Positions 47,338 to 62,210 of a stretch of 64,000 nucleotides of DNA are shown piece after piece. The notes beneath the pieces are model-generated. The model was not told where the DNA came from. It did no database searches and worked only from the letters and a program-made list of their open reading frames with translations. The stretch is from Anthoceros angustus (Eukaryota; Plantae; Anthocerotophyta), in contig MU008171.1 in NCBI GenBank assembly GCA_010909165.1, positions 930,001-994,000 of the forward strand, written 5' to 3'. Each line of letters begins with the position of its first letter. The stretch's first letter is position 1. A program made the translations under genes and the position numbers.

Positions 47338-48962
47338 GGTTCGTTCGAATTCGGAACCCAGAATCGGAAATCGAAATCGGACGGCGGATGTGGTGGCACT
47401 GCGTGGAGGGCAGAGGAAGCAATGAGCAGAAGATGAGGTGAGGTTGTGCCCTGTTGTTGGCTCATATAAAGGGGTGGAATGCGGCGAGGGCAGGAGCCAG
47501 GAAGGTTCATTCTGCTTGGAACCACACCTGTCCGCGGGTCGTCGTCGTTTGCAGCTGTACAAGTAGCAACAACAGAGAAGGTTCATCCGCATACCTGCTC
47601 TCATCAGTCCTACAGGTGGATTTCCGACCACCTGCCACAGGACTTTCAAATGAGCAGGACTCTTTTGCATTTGGTGGTGACTGTTTGATTATTGGTGTGG
47701 GTAGTCTGAAATTTCTGCCAGACGTCCTGCCAGAGCACCTAGTGACTAGTTAGTTAGTTGGATATATATTGGTGGTATGTCACATTGGCAGGCCTGTCGC
47801 AATTCTTTCCGCAAATCCTTGCTTCACACTTGTCCACGACTACGTGCCAAGTTAATCGAATATAAAATCAAGTAAACCAGTTATATAATTTAGTGTGAAT
47901 AGTTTCAAGATCTCAACGATTCTTGAGGTTTTAAGTTAAATTAGCACTCTAAGATTAAGCTTACATTTGGCTTAAAAGTTTTTTCAAGTATTCACGAGTT
48001 ATGTCATTATTGATGGTTGAGGGTCTTTTGAGGTATTTATGGGCTATAACTGGTTCTGGTTCTGCAACCTCTAGGTTGAGGTGAGACATGATCAAGAGTC
48101 TCATCATCTCAATTGACATTCATGCCATGCAGTTCATGGACCTTCGGGACAATGGGCTAGATACTAGTTTGCCAACGTGAAAAGAGCTAAACACAAGAAT
48201 ATTGTGTTAGAGGGTTATATCATTTATTAGATATGGAAAATCCAAGTGCACAAAGCTCTTTATGCTTTTACTACCAAGTTATCTATTTCACCTCCACATC
48301 CCACTCATATCTTAGTTCTAGATGTTGTTATTTGGCATGATTGTCATGCATGTCTTGTGTGGAGTATGCGAATGCCTATGTGTAGTGTATAGTAGCATGA
48401 CTTGGTTTTTAATGTCTTAAATTATATTATACTATATATATATATATTCATAAATATATTAATTTATCAATTATAATATATTCAAAAAATATATCATAAA
48501 TCTATTTAATGAATTTGAATAATTAATACATTTAATAAAACTAACTATAATTACCTGCATTTGCGGAGTCTGGAGAAATGGAGAGGATGTGTCCTAATTC
48601 GGATTATGCTTGGCCCTGCTCTGAAAGTACTAAAAGTTTGGGAAGCTTTCCTAGGGCTGCTCATTCTGGGAATACTCCTTCTATGAGGCAGACTACCACT
48701 CAGTTGAGCTAATTGTCCCTTGAGTGCCATTCTCAAAGACGTGACAAATAAACTGCGTCGGCATTTTGCCTGTCCATGCACATTTCACGATGGCTGCGTG
48801 CTTGCATATTCCCTCATTCAAAATCATGCTAGGCAGTAGCTGTTACTGTGGGATGCATCAGAGAAGACTCCTGAAAACAAGGGCGTGGTGAGCCTGAAAG
48901 GATGCAGCTTCTAGTATTCATCGTAGGTGCACTGTACAGTTGAAAAGGCCGGCAGAAGTTGC

Positions 48963-49987
48963 TCAGAAATCGATTGTGATGTCCTGGCCGGGAACGCAGC
49001 CTGACTTTGTGGACGTCTGCAGAACTGGAGCATGGTAGTCGTACAGTGTCTTGCTGATTTTGCGCAGAGTCTTGCGTGGCTGGTTCAGGGCAACAGCCAA
49101 ACTGCGGGAAGGCAGCTGAAACAGAGCTTGAGCTGCAATCTGCACAAAACGGGTTGTAATGGATGAGCATGGCAGCGGTCAGACATGGTATTCATCACAG
49201 CAAACTGTTTAGACTAACAGTACTAGAACGGCAGAGATATGAGCTGTGTGTCTCTCATCAGAGAGGCTTACCAAAGAGCCAGGGTTCTCGCTGTTGAGTG
49301 AAGAAATGAACTCAGCATCCTCGGCTCCACATTGAGCTCAAAATGCAGCAATCCACGAGGGAAGACGGTCACGTCGCCCGGTCTGAGGATGTTGATGTGC
49401 GCGGTTCCTGCCACACATTCATCCACCATCATTATGACGAGCAGGTGGGAATTGGTGCGCACCAAAATTCATGAACAAACGCTGTCACCAAGGCTTGCAA
49501 GATTCAGGTGCCTACCATTGGTGTCGACAAATCCAACTTGGAGCGGCCCGCCCGACAACATGGTGAGAACCTCCGTTGCCCTCGGGTGCGTGTGCGGCAA
49601 GTTCTCACCGCACGGGAACAGCTTGAATCTCACCACCGTGATTCCTGTGACCTGCACCGCCACACACATTCAACAATGCAGTTTCAGTGCCAGGCTTGGC
49701 TGCTGCTGCAAATTTAAAGCTCAACACTTGCAAACAGACGCGGTTCATGAGTTGCAAGCGGCGCATTGCTGCAAACGTACTTGAGGGCAGGGAACTTGGC
49801 GACGGGAGGTCAGCGCGGATGCCACCCGGTCCCTGCACGCCGTTGTTTTGAACACGTCCCGGAAAACGAATTCCTCCACCCCAGCTTCGAAGTCGGTGAG
49901 AGGGTCGGGATCGCGCACGCCAGGAACAATGGCGAGGCTGTAGAGCAAACAACCCAGAAGGAAGAGCGCGGCACCCCGGGACGCCAT
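48963..49987 (-). CDS. Germin-like protein copy 3 (near-identical to copy 1)
   Basis: ATG at 49987 (MASRGAALFLLGCLLYSLAIVPGVR), GENLPHTHPRATEV, VFPRGLLHFELN, same four exons. 48885-50598 matches 3093-4817. Confidence 0.9.
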
Positions 49988-51949
49988 GCCCTCGCTTGTC
50001 TGTCTCGTCACTCTACACTCGTACTGTCTTCGGCCTTGTCTTCTGCTAGGACTGTCTTCCGCGATGGTGCTGTGTGCATCTGCCACTGGAGTCACTGCTG
50101 TTGTGGATGAGATGGAGCGAATTGCAAGTCGGGAAGGACTGCCGATGGACGATGGATGACATGAAGCTCCTCGCCTTCCATTTTATGCGTAGCTGCAGCC
50201 GCAATCGCCGCTGCTGCTGCCTGCCACGGCCATTCCGTTGCCGTCGTTGACGACTGACTTGGCTGCCCGTACACGCGGTTTCGCTTTTCCTTGACTCCGG
50301 TTGCAGTTCGAACTCGGCGTTGTAGCGCATCCCAGTTTCAAAACGGAACGTGCTTCCAGCTTCCATCTTAATTTTTGAGTCCTCGGCCAGTGATCGCTGC
50401 TGCTATGACCGCCTTGTTGCTTCGCGGAACCTCTCAACAGCAACACAGTAGTAGGACGCAGTGTGTCGATTGCAGGTTATGCCCATCATCATGGGAAGCT
50501 TAAGAAAATAATGTCATTACTCATCACAGGCTCACAGCTGACGTCTGGATGAAGGATTCAGACATTCGTGAGAAGGACGCACCTTTGTAGGCATATACTG
50601 TTAAAATAGCCATGTCTAGTATGCTTACATTAGGGCACGCTTCAGTTCGTGAAGCGAAACGCTGCTTCAGGCTCCGAGACCGTTACCACCTCGTACCGCT
50701 TCGTCCCAGCATAAGAACCCTGTCTGTACATTCCATGAGCGTAATGCAATTCTGAACGATCCATGAATTATCTCATGGTATCAGAGCAGGACAATTCTCA
50801 TGCCTAATCTGCGGCGCAGGCAACGCCTTCAGAGGCGCGCCGCCAGACAAGCTCATATGCTTCAATTGCAGAGACAGCACCGAGAAAACTCCTACCTAAA
50901 AGAAGCACAGGGAAATCTATGGCATTATGCCTGGATTAGAACTACCTCAATCCTCCTACTCATAGGAGAGGAGATTCTACTTCGTGGGTGCTGCGACCGA
51001 CGCGATTATGACTGGGCGTATGTGCATTGTTCCTTTCTCTACACATAACGTAAAGTCGCGGCCTCGTCTGGGGCCTCGACGCGCCCAGTTGGTTTTTTTT
51101 CGGGGCCAAAAGGGTAAAACGAAGAGAGAGAATTTTTCAATTGGTAAAATTTTTTACTGAATAAGGTGGAAATTGTAACAATAGAGTAGAAAGCATAGAC
51201 TGATGGATGGAAACATTTTACCATCCAAGTCAAAACTAGAATAGGAGGGTAAAGAATGGATCAACCAAGTGAATATAGAGTAAAACGAGGATGAATGGAA
51301 ACATTTTACCATCCAAATCAAAACTAGAACAACAGGGTAAAGAATGATCACCAAGTGAATAGCAAGTGCAGCTGAAATACCATGGTAGATTGTAATCTGA
51401 GGAGGCCTAGTAATTCCAACACAATCGCTAACTGGCAAGAAACATCTTACATTATACCATTCATGCGGATCCGGGATATACAAAAACCAACAAAGAAATA
51501 TCATCTTTGCAAAGTTTCGTATATCCGTAATTGCATGAATTCAAAATAACAGAAAATAGAGAAAATACCAGAATAGTTGATCCTCCTTATTCGAAATTAC
51601 AAATCTACATATACAAAGTAAAATTAGGCTTGTAACCAATTAGATGATTCGGAATAGACGCAAAGAAAAGTTCATTAGAAAAGATTCCCACCTTATTTTG
51701 GAAAATTGATGTACAATTGTAGAGATTGAAGACATAGTTTCCAAGACCACTTGGTTTAACCGGGCAACTTGTCCAACATTATCATAGTTTGCGAGTTGAT
51801 GAACCCGGGGCTTTGGAGAAATTCTTCATCTTCACGAAAGTTGAGAACCTAATCAAACATTACCGTCTTAGTCTACTAAAGTAAAATTAGCGATCAAAAT
51901 CAAGGGAACAATTAAATCAACTTACTTTATATGGTTTTCCATGGATGGA

Positions 51950-54860
51950 AGTGGAGGCTGGAGTGACGTAACATTGTCAATAGTTTGCTTCGCCTTTCCC
52001 ACGCAATCTTCGCATTTCTGTTGCTCCTTCTGCTTTGAGTTTTTCCTGCTGTTTGAAATACTCTTGCCTCCTTTCGACATTTTTTCTCCTTTGGATCTCC
52101 AAAGCTTTCTCTCTTTGCTTGGAGACTCGAAGTTGTACAGCCTTGCGCCTCTGCTGTTCAATCAATGATTCTAAATCTGTTTGCCGTTGAAATTCCCTTT
52201 TCTGATTCTCCCTGTCATTCTCCCTTTCTCGGGTAATCTCAGCAAGACGCTGCTCAAACCTGCTTGAACCACCCTTCTCAATCCCATGCTGCTCTACCAT
52301 ATCCAAAGCTATAGGCAGTGTCTCCACAATCCTACCCTGTTGCACTTCCAGTTCTGAAGTCTCACCACAATGACTTGGCACACAGGCCTCCAACTGAGGA
52401 GGCATCACCTCCACCACACTCAGGGCACCATCAATGTTGAACTGAGGAACGAAATGCTCCAAACTAGTGGTGGGGCTAATACTCGCCAAAGAAACATAGA
52501 ATCGACAAACACAATAAGAGAATGAAGGATGAAACTTAAACCACCTTTACACTTAACCTTTTCAACATGTCGATGTTGAATACACCCGAGTTGGTCCGTT
52601 GTCAATCAAGATCTTTAACACTACTTTCGGCACTTGACAGCTTCCAAAGCTTCACAATGCTGGAACGCAAACAACAACAACAAACATTGTATGAAATATT
52701 GGGTGCAAACCAGCAAGGAGAACCAAAATACAACAAGAAGATACTAACCGGTCCAGGTCGACAAAAGGGGCCTGCTTTCATGGTGGATAGCAAATGGCAA
52801 CACTGCAACAAAAAGCAACAAAAAGAGTCAAATACCAATCGAAAAGAAGAAAAGAAACAAACCTTCGACACCAAAACGACTCATAAAACACCAGGCCTCC
52901 AAGCGAGGAGGCATCACCTCCACCACACTCGTGGCACCATCAATGTTGAATGAGGACCAAATGCTCACAAACTAGTGGTCACAGATCTTTAGTGGTGGGG
53001 CTAATACTTTGCACAAAGAAACATAGAATCGACAACAACAATAAGAGAATGAAGGATAAAACTTAAACCAATACAACCTACTAACCGTCCAAGTTGATGA
53101 AAAGGGGCCCCGCTTTCATGGTGGATAGGGGTGGTAAAATTGGCAACACTGCAACAAAAAGCAACAAAAAGAATCAAATACCAATCGAAAAGATTAAAAG
53201 AAACAAACCTTGAAACCAAAACGACTCATGGAATGCTTACGTTACGCTGAACTTGTAGGCAACATTGAGCACAAGCCTATGCACAACAAATTCTTAACAT
53301 CAGCATCCTTTAAGTAGAATCATAATCTTCTCGAAAATCACTCCCTTCATGGTAGAAAATACTTACATCTTGCCGATGAAAAACTATATCCGAGTCCCAT
53401 TGACAACAACCGACGGAAGCACACCCCAAGTCATCCGCATCCGATCGAGTTCTTCATTGAGCAACTCATTGTATGATCTTCTTTCACGTGAACTAGAACC
53501 TGCAGGCCTGCTTTGCTTGGAAACTCGGTTGTACGACCTTGCGCCTCAATCAATGATTCTAAATCTTTTGTTGAAATTCCCTTCGATTCTCCTGTCATTC
53601 TCCCTTTCTCGGGTAATCTCAAGACGCGCTCAAACCCGCTTGAACCACCCTTCTCAACCCCATGCTCTACCATATCCAAAGCTATAGGCGGTGTCTCCAC
53701 AATCCTTCCTGTTGCACTTCCGATTAAAGTCTCACCACAATGACTTGGCACAGGCCTCCAAGCGAGGCATCACCTCCACCACACTCGGGGCACCATCAAT
53801 GTTGAAATGAGGAACCATGCTCGTCAAACTAGTGGTGGGGCTAATACTGCCGACAAACATAGAATCGACAAACACAATAAGAGAATGAAGGATGAAACTT
53901 AAACCACCTTTACACTTAACCTTTTCAACATGTCGATGTTGAATACACCCGATTTAGTCTGTCAATATCGAAGATCTTTAACACTACTTTCGGCACTTGG
54001 ACAGCTTCCAAAGCTTCACAATGCTGGAACGCAAACAACAACAAACATTGTATGAAATATTGGGTGCAAACCAGCAAGGAGAACCAAAATACAACAGATA
54101 CTAACCGGTCCAGTCTTGACAAAAGGGGCCTGCTTTCATGGTGGATAGCAAGGGTGGTAGCATTGGCAACAACAAAAAACAACAAAAAGAGTCAAATACC
54201 AATCAGCAAAAGAAGAAAAGAAACAAACCTTCGACACCAAAAGCGACTCATAAAATGCTTACGGGCCTCCAAGCGAGGAGGCATCACCTCCACCACACTA
54301 GGCACCATCAATGTTGGGAGGACAAATGCTCGTCAAACTAGTGGTCGAGATCTTTAGTGGTGGGGCTAATACTCTGCCGACAAACATAGAATCGAGACAA
54401 ACACAATAAGAGAATGAAGGATAAAACTTAAACCACCTTTACACTTAACCTTTTCAACATGTCGATGTTGACAAAAGGGGCCTGCTTTCATGGTGGATTA
54501 AGCTTTTAACTTACAACAACAACAAAAAACAACAAAAAGAATCAAATACCAATCGAAAAGATTAAAAGAAACAAACCTTCGACACCAAAAGCGACTCATG
54601 GAATGCCACGTTCTTGGAACTTGTAGGCAACATTGAGCACAAGCCTATGCACAACAAATTCTTAACATCCTACAGTAGAATCATAATCTTCTCCGGTAAT
54701 CACTCCCTTCATAGAAAATACTTACATCTTGTGTTGGAAAAACTATATCTGAGTCACATTGACAACAAGCGGCGGGCACACCCATAAGTCATCCGCATCC
54801 GATCGAGTTCTTCATTGAGCAACTCATTGTATGATCTTCTTTCACGGGAACTAGAACCAC
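51950..54860. repeat. Mosaic tandem array of ~0.3-0.9 kb modules
   Basis: CACCATCAATGTTG recurs at ~52427, 52935, 53791 and 54303. 54600-54860 repeats ~53230-53500. Confidence 0.8.
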
Positions 54861-57070
54861 ATGCAGTACTGTTTTGCTTGCCCCGACGGTCATACCGCAA
54901 AGTCCACGATGAGAACACATCATGTCAATAGAAGGCATAAACAAGTTCTGACATCAACAAATAGATCCTACCTTGAAAATCCAGCATCGCCAGGTGGCGA
55001 CGCTCGCCAAAGATCGAGGGCACCGAGCCATGGTCACCGCGTAATCATCGTTACACGGCCTCTTGTTCGTAATACCCATCAAGACCGCGCTCGCCATTGT
55101 CTTCATATATTTTGAGAGCATTCCTTTGGATACCCGGAGTTTTGCATACCAAGCCTACGGAGAAAATTAAAGTTAGCACGTCCAATGGAACACAAACCTA
55201 GAACCCTTATCAAAAGATACTTACATTCGATCTTGGATTATCGATGGGAGAATTGAAAAGAAACCCTTGGATAGATATATTCTTGTCATTTGCGTCCACT
55301 TTGGACAATGGTCAATGACGGCTTTAAATGTTTGAATAACATCCACCTCATAGTTTTTCACTTTTGGCGGAAGTGCTCACTCGTAGTTGCGCATATCAAC
55401 TTTGTAATTCTTGAATGTCGCCTCGTATCTGCGAGGCAACACAAGGAGGGTATTACAACACAAACAAGGTATCATACACAGAGTATTACCACACAACAAA
55501 GCATCAATCAAAACATGGACAAACGTCTGTAAAAACGCCTAATCCAAGAGAATGAGAAGTCCACGATTAACGGTTGTGCAATTCCTCCCGCCACGTACTC
55601 AAACGATTCATGCAAAATATGCACACCTATTCGAAAACATTGAATCGTTAGAAGCAAACAAGAATGTGTGCAAAATGCACACAAGAAGCTAGGAATCGAA
55701 CACAAACCTTTTCTCGCCCAAAAGAACATTGATGGTCACCGTGGAGAATTGCCTCTCATCATCATCGGATATCGGTTTCACCACCTTTACGATACTATAC
55801 CAAGGTCTTTCGATTTTCATGGAAGCAACAAGTGCGGCGACAACCATTGAACACGCCGTGAAACATATTGATCACAGCACATCGGACCCAAGACGGCTTT
55901 GCTCCGAACACACTTCCTTATCAAAATGCGATTGAACCCTCGAAGAAGGACATCAACGCACCAATATCTGAAATCGACATAAAATGAAAAGAAACACAAC
56001 GGAACAGAAAGGGATGAAGACTTACGTTGAGAGAGAATCTTGAGTTGTCTTTTAAGTTCGAACTTGGTGGAAAACGGTATCAATATAAGGTTCAAGTCCT
56101 TGTGAGGAATGTCCTCTATTGCACTATCCCAACCCCTCACACCACTCACTTTCATGAAAGACTTAAGACGACTCGGCACCAATTATTTTGGCGTTTGGAC
56201 TTGTCCTCACCACCACTCATTGCATCATTCACGGCTCCCTCAGAATCGAGGGTCAAACCCTTGGTCCCTAAAATGGGCCTCATCTTCAATTTCTTCCATG
56301 CCCATAGCAAAATCATCCTCGGGATCAGACCTCATTCTCTCAAACATATCAATACACTCGTGGATAACTTGAGTTCGGGGAGCGACACGAATGGAAAACT
56401 CACGGTGAAAGGAATTGAGACTTATCTTGCGCAGGGAGCACCACACCCATTTCGAGATCGTAGGCATGCTTTCCCGCAAGGACCATGGAATCGTGAGTAA
56501 TCGATGGACATTCTCACCAACAAACTTAACCTCTCTCGAAGCAGGACAATAGTTAGTAATCTCGACAAGGGACCCTCCACCAAGGGCAGTCGGGTGTCAA
56601 CCCTTCTTCTCTTCCGAGCAAAGAAGACGGCATCCTCCTTGGATGAAAAGTGCCTTGGCGGTTTGGGAATGGACTTTTCGCACCAAATATGTCCTCACTA
56701 TGCACAAGGACACAATCAACTTTACCATCATCCTGCAGAGGGTGGGTTGCGTGTGAGCGATGGCTGTTTTAACACGTTGTCGAGTGTACGGCTTGGACAT
56801 GACTTGAGACAAAGGTGCACCTTCTTGCCCGGTCCAGAGCCCGAGGTTTTCTTTTAGAGCCATCGCACCGGAGAAGTCATCGAACAACGTTGAGATGTAC
56901 AAACAACATAACAGATAACAAGCGAAAAGAAAGAACTCACATGCGCCTTGAACCGTCCGGATGAGAACTGCTGGAAGGTCTAAAAGTTGATTATCGCCTA
57001 GACAAGAGAGGATATGGGGCGTGCCCCAAAACACAACTTGGGGCTAGACATTGTTAGAGTTGTTATTCCT
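51977..57070 (-). pseudogene. Degenerate multi-exon gene of unknown function with a coiled-coil C-terminal part
   Basis: GT-AG bounded exon 55428-55225 (YEATFKNYKVDMRNYE*ALPPKVKNYEVDV...), open stretches at 56000-56480 and E/R/Q-rich ORF 51977-52489. Confidence 0.45.
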
Positions 57071-60000
57071 TCCACTTTCTATTAAGGATGACACATAGAA
57101 CTCTAAAATACACCACATATGGGAAAAATAAAGTGAAAACCCTTTTTCAAGTACAACAAGAGTTAGACGTACAAACAACCATAGATGTACAACATATACA
57201 TCGACCACACAAGTAAAACAATCAATGCTCATTGGACAACAGACTCATCCATGCCACACAACAACACATATTTCTAGATTAGAATCGGAAAACATCCAAA
57301 GATGTTGGGAGGCAAACCCTCCAAGACGTTGCACACTTCAATACCGCACATAAACACCGGTCTATGAGATTAAGCTCCAAGACATGCACACAATACACCA
57401 TGCCCAATCCATTCACTTTTCAATAGACACAAGTATGATGAGTCGATTACCAAATCTACAAGCGGGTCTTCAACGACAAGAGCAAAAAAGAAAGCGTTAT
57501 CTACACGCAAAAGTCAACTTATAACGACACAACAAACCGCACAAACAACACTACGAGACAAACAACCATAGATGTACAACGAACAACAACAAACAACGCT
57601 ACACAACGCACAAACAACACTACGAGACAAACAAAGTCCTTACGAAGTCAAGTAGGATCACATGACACGAAGACAAGAACAAAGTAGACGGATGATACCA
57701 TACAACGAAACCAAAGGACAACAAGGACCATACATAGGGACACTTCCAACAAGCAAATAAAAGGATTGTAAAGAAGACAAATAAAGATACTATTATCACA
57801 AATGCATCGGTGAACAAAACTCAACCGAGCGCAACACTCAAGCTCTAAGTCAAAGAAAGTTCGGTCGATTTCATAAAAGGAACGAGGGATCGTTTTCATA
57901 AAAGGAACCAGAGGGACGGTCGTTTTCATAAAAGCAAGCGACCACCATTGACGCTTTCAACAACAAACACGATGTACAACGAACAACAACAATGAACAAG
58001 AGGAACGGAGGCGTATCGGCAAAGACAAATCGGATAGCAATTGAGCATCGAGACATCTTCTAGCAATAGAACACAGTGCAAAGAACAAGATCATCGACCG
58101 GGAAGACACACATGATAAGGCCAAGACCGAAAGCGGCGCCGAATACACTGCCGCCGTAACATTGACAGCACCAAAACCGCACAAAACAACAAGAGCAAAA
58201 ACAATAGACAAGGAGGCAACAGACACAACGTAAGCGCAAATGGACAGCGATTTCAAAAGGGACCGATAGACCTTAACCTTTAAGCGAACAGAAACCTTGG
58301 CCTTCGGTGTCAAAACACCTTGGCCTTCGGACTAAGCAACAACCTGGGCCTTAGAAGCAAAGACCTTGACCTTCGTGGAAACCTTGGCCTTGAAAACAAC
58401 CTTCAAACAGAGCAGCAAACGACCTTTGCCTTCAAACAAACTTACAGAGACCTTGGCCTTGACGAAGGCTGGTAAAACCTTAGCCTTTGGAGAAGGCTGA
58501 AAGAACTGGGCTCAAAACTTGAACAAAGGCCTTAGCCATCCTAGAACACCTTGGCCTTCAAAGACGGCTAAAAGGCTTAGCCTTGAGAGCAACAACCTTG
58601 GCTGCGAAACTAGAACTAGACTCCTAAGCCTTGAGCAAAGCTGGATGCACCTTGGCCTACAAAGACAGCTTGCCTCAAACAGACGGAATACCTTGGCTGC
58701 GAAACTAATCCAACGCCTAAGCTGCGGAGGAGAGGTGGACCACCTAGGCCTCAAAAGGAAGAAAGAAAAGACCTTGGGCTTTGGAGAAGCTTATATAGGC
58801 CAAACCCTAACCATTCTCCCTCTGCCGGGCGCCTCTCTCTACCAAACTGATTTGAATTAATCAACCTAACATTCCGAGCCGAATCCAAACCTACGAGGTT
58901 CGCCATTCGCCACGCCTGTTCAACCAAACCTAGGTTCGGATTCCAAACCTAGCCTAACCGCACAAACCTAATCTCCGAGCCCCGGGCAAGGGGCTGGCCC
59001 AACCAGTCGCCACGCACGCCCCACCGTCGAACCATCTAGAACCCTAAGTTTTCGATTTAGCATACACATAGGGTTTCACTCCCCACCCGCGCTCTTCAAG
59101 TCGACACGACCTTTGGCGATCCGCCACGATCGCCTTTGCAGTGTGTTCACGCTTGGTTGGTGTCCTGGCTGACGCAATCGGCTCCACTTCCCTTCATCTA
59201 GTCGCCCACCACCGTCGATGGGCTCTCTTTTCGATCGCCTAGTCTTTGGTTCCGTCCCTCAATTGCATGTCATTCAATTGCACTCGATATTGGTTCTGCT
59301 GAACTACGATCAAGTTCATTTTGCAGCCCACGGTGGCATCCACTCACGCTTAGCTCCGCCGCCAATTGGACAACAGTTCGTTTGGCTTCCTCCGAGGTGC
59401 GACGCCACGAACGCTTCTCCTTACTCTTTCGTTCTAGCCCTTTCGCCCAGCATGTCCAGCTTCGTGGCTATTGAGCTGGTCCACTGACCCACATCGTTTC
59501 TGTCTGTTAGGATCTCCCTCCCGCCAGCGCTTTTGGTTCCGATCCGACTGCCTGAGTTCTCTGTGTGCCTTTGCACCGCCGAAGGGTTAGCTGGAAATGT
59601 TCTCTTGTGGGTTATGGTGCTCTTCCTTTGTTCCCACCGTCGATCACTTTGCTGTTTGGTCTTTGCACACATACCGCCGGACTGTGTGGTTGTTGCTCTC
59701 TTGGTCTTGTTTTTCTGTCATTGTTTTACTACATGCCTTGTCCCTTCTTACCCACATGGCTTGTCCCCGCCAGTTCCACTCTCTCCTTGCGTGTCCGACC
59801 TGTGCATCCGATACGAGTTTCAAGGTTGCTTGGTATATCGAGGTGTGGAGAGGCTCTTTCTGCTTTGCCATAGTTGTCACCATAGTCCTCTTTTTCGGTG
59901 TTGGCGCGACGATTACGTTTCACGATGACCGAAAAGGACCAAGTTTGTAAATCTCGTTGGTCTCATCACATCCTCACTAGTTGGGCATGATTGGTAAACC

Positions 60001-60259
60001 GCATGGAGTTTTGATGGGCTAGTGTTTTCAATGCACATTTGTCATGCACTTAATAAACTCACGACCTCTCCTCCGGGAATTGAGCAGCCAAAGGTCACGC
60101 AAGAAGGCGCCATCCTAGTGTCACGTCCGTCACAATAATTCTATGGTTTTCAACGACGTGTCGGAGGGTTGGCCGTGGGAAACTAATGCATGATTGGGTT
60201 GACTAAGCAGGTAAGGGGTTCGTCTAAAAGAGTCTCGTTCTTGAAGTCTTTTCGAACAT

Positions 60260-62210
60260 AGCTATCCTGCGTAAAACATGAATCTTGTGTGCGAGTTTGA
60301 GAACATATTCGCGCTTGTTGCTTCCAAGTTATCGGATTGGTGATGACGAGCTTTTAACAAAATTCGATGCGAGGATCTTGCGACAATTGGTTTCGCGTGA
60401 AGCATCGGAAACGACGATCGCGGATGGTAATACCTTGCTCAACCCGCTGTCTTGCGCAATGCGCCTTTGTGCAGTTGATGTAGTCATCACTATGATCAGT
60501 GTTCGATGGCTTTTCATTTGAATCGGGATGGAATCGACAACGAAAGCAATAACGATTTTCAAATCCAAGAAGGTACTTGATACTACCGTAATGCTTCTTA
60601 CTTTGCTTTTACTTTTACTTTTACTTATATCTATCGTGTCAACCCCCGCAGAACTCACATGACGCCACCCCGTGAGCGCCATTCGACAAATTACTTCCCA
60701 CCCATGGGGATCCAGATATGACGCTAACGCAGTTTGAACCACCACTGGAGATCGAAAGATCGTAGAAAAAGGTATTCGTGAAAAATGATTGTTAGTCCTG
60801 TATATTCTCGTTGGTCGAGTCTAACAAAACCCGTGGGTTTCCTCTGCGAGCACACAATGTTCTCTGTGATGGACAAACAAGACCTTAAGCATCTTTGCGA
60901 GATGCTTGATTGAATAAGATAAAGAAGGTAAGCACTTTTCCTATTTCATAAACTTGATCTAAGTATGCTCAATCCAAAATCCTAACCCTAAATTTATCTC
61001 TGCAGGATATAAAAAGAACCTTGAACAACTCAATTGAACTGAAACGCATACACTTGTGGAAAGGTTTAATGGACACGATTTTCAATGCAAACAATGTTGG
61101 AGGGATATCAAAGTTCCATCCAGCAAGATCGAGGTAATCAAATTAACATTCATACCTTCTTTGCTTCTTCACATTTACCTTCTTTTAACTTGGCATTCTG
61201 AATCTTTGGAAAACAAGTCGCCGTAAAAATATAAAGGACAAAGTCGATGAGATTGACAACAACATTGACAATGCGGCCATCTCCAATCGTACACAAAATG
61301 TATTTTGTATTTAATTTGTTTTAATATGATTTTGGTTTAAGAAAGTAATGATTTTGGTTTTGATCGCAAAAGAGAAAAATAGATGACTTCATGGAGAATG
61401 GACCAACTTACGGGCCGTCACAAGAGTTCACCGAGTTTGGAAAGTGGATGAGCAATTTTCAATATCCACCACTTTTGAAGACTTTAAATCTAAGTATACC
61501 GCAATTTGGGAGCATAGTCTAAAAGAGCAAGCATACCATCTTGAATGAAGATGGGTCCAACCCACATTCGAGCGATGCAGAGATCCAAGCAAGTAAGCAA
61601 AAACTCCCTTTCTCTTTCTTATTTTTTACATATAACTCTATGTAATGTAATGTATGCATTGAATGCGAGATAGGGCAGCAATTGAAAATAAGGAGTTGAA
61701 AACGACAGACTTGTTGTCTCTCATGGAAGAACCGGAGACAACGAAAAATATTCAAAAGGTACATCGTTTGAAAGATATTATCTGTTTGCATTCCGAGATG
61801 AATTCTAATGAATATGTTTCTTCAGAACATACGATCACATTTCCGCAGTGTCGGAAATCTTCACAGCACGTGTTTAACGCTTGTCGAAAAGGTATATGCA
61901 AAGAAAGATCTTCTCCGAATTGAAATGGAGGTAAATGACTAATTACTTTTACTTTTTGTTTGTAGTTATCAAGAATCAAAGCGAGTTGTTTTCACTCTTT
62001 GAGGTGAGTACTAAAGTTGGAAAACAAATATGTTTTATATATGAATTGACAATGGTTTAAATTGCGAAATATTCTCGCTTGGATGAAATATTCAAATGAT
62101 TATACATTTATCCGGACCATACAATCAGCAGCTCAAAAGTACTATTCAAGAGAAGGCACGAACCATTTTACACTCCATCTACTCCAATAGAAGATGAGTA
62201 GAATTTACCA
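60260..62210 (+). pseudogene. Degenerate multi-exon gene of unknown function (CxxC motif)
   Basis: Exon 61006-61133 with AG/GT borders (YKKNLEQLN*TETHTLVERFNGHDFQCKQCWRDIKVPSSKIE). Further short exons are separated by AT-rich GT-AG introns up to ~62210. Confidence 0.45.

Noticed and set aside
48400-48545. Very AT-rich tract
   Set aside because: Ordinary intergenic low-complexity sequence; no TIR or TSD found.
57950-58800. KAKVS-type repeat ORFs from CCTTGGCCTT-rich sequence
   Set aside because: Low-complexity degenerate repeats with frames not maintained; no family support.
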